NCBI RefSeq assembly: GCF_006345805.1 | Contig: NW_021827805.1 | Coordinates: forward strand, 1-9,671 | Origin: Octopus sinensis | Taxonomy: Eukaryota | Length of the DNA: 9,671 nt | Reading direction: 5' to 3' | Shown: in pieces, positions 6,986-9,671 of the stretch | How the letters are laid out: each line of letters begins with the position of its first letter | Numbering within the stretch: position 1 is the first letter of the stretch | Position numbers and translations under genes: made by a program | The notes under the pieces: generated by a model | The model's input: only the letters and a program-made list of their open reading frames with translations | Database searches by the model: none | Told to the model about the DNA's origin: nothing

Positions 6986-7714
6986 GCGTTCCACCGTTTT
7001 CTAATTTCTTTCCCGCCATATTGTTACCAAAATAGAAGTTCCAGTCGAATTCACATTCGTTCTCTGCTTCCTTGAATTCCCCTGATCGCAAACAGACCCA
7101 CACATACATTCATACACACACACGCCCACACATATATAGGAAAACACACACAACACACACAACACACACACACACACACACACAGACACACACAAACGCA
7201 TATACCTATACATGATAGCTTTAAGAAGGAATATTGATTATTTTTGACAAAATTATTGTTTTGTTGGGAGTGGTTGGGTATGGTGTCGTAGGGGAATTGT
7301 GGAAGTGGCGAGGAAGAGGATTCTTGCTTTGGTCTTTTCTGATGCCAAAATGTCTTGACATTTCAAAGACCTCAGATAAATGTTCTGAAGTACGAAAATA
7401 TACGAGAATCTTGGCTCTCCCAATGCTTCTGTTAGCCATAACGGTTCGCTGCCGGACGCTACAAGCACCACATGACCAGACAATATGGCCGCTTAGCGTG
7501 CTGGAAATAGACATCAGATTTATCGATAAATCATACAATGATATTTAAATTAAAGGAGGATACCTCTGTCGGTATTATACCTGATATACAGGAAGACAGG
7601 ATGGTCACATATGGGACACCTTTGATCATAAGTCTGTTCAACAACAACAACAACAATTACAACTTCTAAGAAAACAAAACAATGAAGGATTCTCTGCAAC
7701 TGATCTGAAGACAT

Positions 7715-7915
7715 GTTTTATGTCTGTTTTACTGGTCTCCAACTGGGGCACGGGTTTGCAGATTCCTAGCCGGACAAATCAAATCCGGTTCTAATTTTCC
7801 TTCAAGCCTGTTGCTTTCGGTATATTTTTGCCGAAACCGCTAAAATACGCTGACCTGAACAAACCAACACCGGTTATCAAACGGTGTGAGGGACAGACAC
7901 AAACACACACACAAC
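7715..7915 (-). mobile_element. 3' half of a degenerate OR2-like CORE-SINE (same family as 548-700)
   Basis: The minus strand reads GTGTCTGTCCCTCACACCGTTTGATAACCGGTGTTGG...TTAGCGGTTTCGGCAAAA...GATTTGTCCGGCTA...GTGCCCCAG, matching my recollection of the segment after the family's central (TA)/(TG) microsatellite. The 5' half is absent beyond the TA tract ending at 8092. Confidence 0.6.
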
Positions 7916-8030
7916 ACCACGCATAAATACATACATACATATACACACTTACACACACACATATATATATACACATATATATATATATAATATATATATA
8001 CATATATGTATACATACATTAAACATACAT

Positions 8031-8092
<62 letters not shown>
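7905..8092. repeat. (AC)n/(TA)n microsatellite, likely the central tract of the adjacent SINE
   Basis: Direct inspection; pure (AT)n over about 8037-8092. Confidence 0.93.
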
Positions 8093-8096
<4 letters not shown>

Positions 8097-8314
8097 TCCT
8101 AATATAGGATAAAATATTTTCCCCCCAAAAATTCATCAAAGTGGCCAGCATATTAAAATACCTTTAAAGGTGAAAATTATAAACAATTATAAGGAAGGGC
8201 AAAAGAAACAAAGATTTCTATGCCAATATGCTGAGAATAGACTTTAAATCGCCAATCACCACATTACAATATACATTCACCATGACTTTCCTATTTCGAC
8301 TTCCTTATTTTCCC

Positions 8315-8349
8315 GTTTCTGATGAAGAGTTTTGCTCGAAATGTAAAAC
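8315..8349 (+). ncRNA. Putative minimal type I hammerhead ribozyme (copy 2)
   Basis: GTTT - CTGATGA - A - GAGT ttt GCTC - GAAA - T GT A - AAAC. The predicted cleavage site is after GUA at 8345. Confidence 0.55.
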
Positions 8350-8420
8350 ACCATTTCTTCCCTTCCCTGAGCGTTTTATTAATACTTTGCATCTACCACG
8401 TCCTCGCATTGTTGTTTTTT
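8315..8420 (+). mobile_element. Short interspersed repeat copy 2 (same family as 6271-6376)
   Basis: Shares CCTTCCCTGAGCGT, AATACTTT, TACCACGTCCT and TTGTTGTTTTTT blocks plus the hammerhead core with copy 1. Confidence 0.6.
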
Positions 8421-8454
8421 CTCCTTTTTTCTTTTTCTTTTTTGATTATATACA

Positions 8455-8480
8455 TTATATAATATGTTGTATATATAATG

Positions 8481-8535
<55 letters not shown>

Positions 8536-8548
8536 GCATGTATGGATT

Positions 8549-8601
<53 letters not shown>

Positions 8602-8667
8602 ATTATAATATATTATAATATATATATATAATGTATGTATTATATATATATATATATATATATAATA
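8455..8667. repeat. (TA)n-dominated microsatellite region
   Basis: Several (TA)n tracts; TATATAATGTATGTAT occurs twice (about 8472 and 8625). Confidence 0.95.
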
Positions 8668-9167
8668 CACATAGAACTGTAAATCAATTACTTGATTTGC
8701 TGTTCATTATTTTGAGTGATTTCCGATATGAAAAAAAGCTAATATATACATATATATACGTACGTATGTACGTATATATGTGTAGATGCATGCATGCAGA
8801 CATACTGACACACACACTCATGTATAAGTGTGTGAGTAAATTCATATACACATACATACACATTTATTTGGTGTGCGCACGCGTGTGTGTGTGAGAGAAT
8901 GTTTATATTATATGTAACAGTAACACGAACGAAAGAGCGGGAAAAAAACTTTACAATTAGAAGAAATTAAGTAAAAAAAAACAATAATATAATCCACCAT
9001 ATCCGCCATCACCAACAACAACAATTACTGCACCAATCCATATGGTGACCAACCCACCTCAGCCTCTCCAACCATTTATATTGTTTCTTCCTAAATTCAC
9101 ATCTGTTTTTATCTTAAATATCATTTTTTTCTCCTACTTTTCGCTAGATTTCTCTTTGAGTATTAAC

Positions 9168-9258
9168 TGTTGTTATTGTTGTTGTTGTTGTTGGTGTTGG
9201 TGGTAGTGGTGGTAGTGGGGGTGTTGGTGTTGTTGTTGTTGTTGGTGTTGATGTTGTT
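9168..9258. repeat. (TTG)n/(GGT)n compound trinucleotide microsatellite
   Basis: Direct inspection. Confidence 0.92.
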
Positions 9259-9309
9259 AATAAGTCTTTACACTGTTTATCAATAATTCAATCTAGAAGG
9301 ATTCAATAA

Positions 9310-9371
9310 ATCTTCTTCTTCTTCTTCTTCTATTTCTACTTCTTCCTTTTCTTCTTCTTTTTCTATTTCTA

Positions 9372-9402
<31 letters not shown>

Positions 9403-9671
9403 TTCTTCTTTTTCTATTTCTACTTTTTCCTCTTCTTCTTCTTTTTCTCCTACTCCTCCTTTTTCTCCCCTCCTCCTCCTCCTCCTTTTCTCCTTCTTCT
9501 CCACATCCCCCACATCCCCACATCCCCCACCTCCCCACCTCCCCCCCTCCCCCTTCCCACCTCCCCACCTCCCCCTTCTTCTGCTAAAATCTTTCATTCC
9601 TTCATTCCCTCATTTCTTCCCTCTGCGTCTGTTTATTTCGTTTTCAATTTCTTTCTTTCTCTCTTGTTTAT
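9310..9671. repeat. Polypyrimidine tract: (TTC)n/(TCC)n with TCTATTTCTACT x3 and CCCCAC(A/C)T units
   Basis: Direct inspection; source of the poly-Glu and poly-Arg pseudo-ORFs on the minus strand. Confidence 0.93.

Noticed and set aside
7221-7548. Overlapping ~105-aa ORFs on both strands in non-repetitive DNA
   Set aside because: No recognisable domain, no convincing splice-site pair, and the length is within chance expectation.
6225-8256. 11-bp inverted match upstream of the two hammerhead repeats (ATTGGCGATTT 6225-6235 / AAATCGCCAAT 8246-8256)
   Set aside because: It does not extend in either direction, so it is too short to call a terminal inverted repeat.

Overview
This is eukaryotic, non-coding, very microsatellite-rich DNA (intronic or intergenic). 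I infer an octopus genome because I recognise from memory several Octopus-type tRNA-derived SINEs (1-183, 548-700, 4612-5190, 7715-7915) set in a (TA)n/(TG)n/(ATC)n/(GATA)n background; no database search was run. No protein-coding gene is supportable: most listed ORFs are translations of simple repeats and none matches a family I recognise. Main signals: (1) two co-oriented, ~80% identical copies of a ~105-bp repeat (6271-6376, 8315-8420). Each carries a complete minimal type I hammerhead-ribozyme core of the kind found in Penelope-like elements, and within that core they differ mainly at tolerant positions. (2) A head-to-tail SINE trimer with identical palindromic junctions. (3) Two complementary SINE halves 7.4 kb apart in opposite orientation, both ending at GTAC, possibly marking an inversion. 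(4) A 14 x 26-bp minisatellite with higher-order structure. (5) Several fold-back hairpins and two weak exon candidates.
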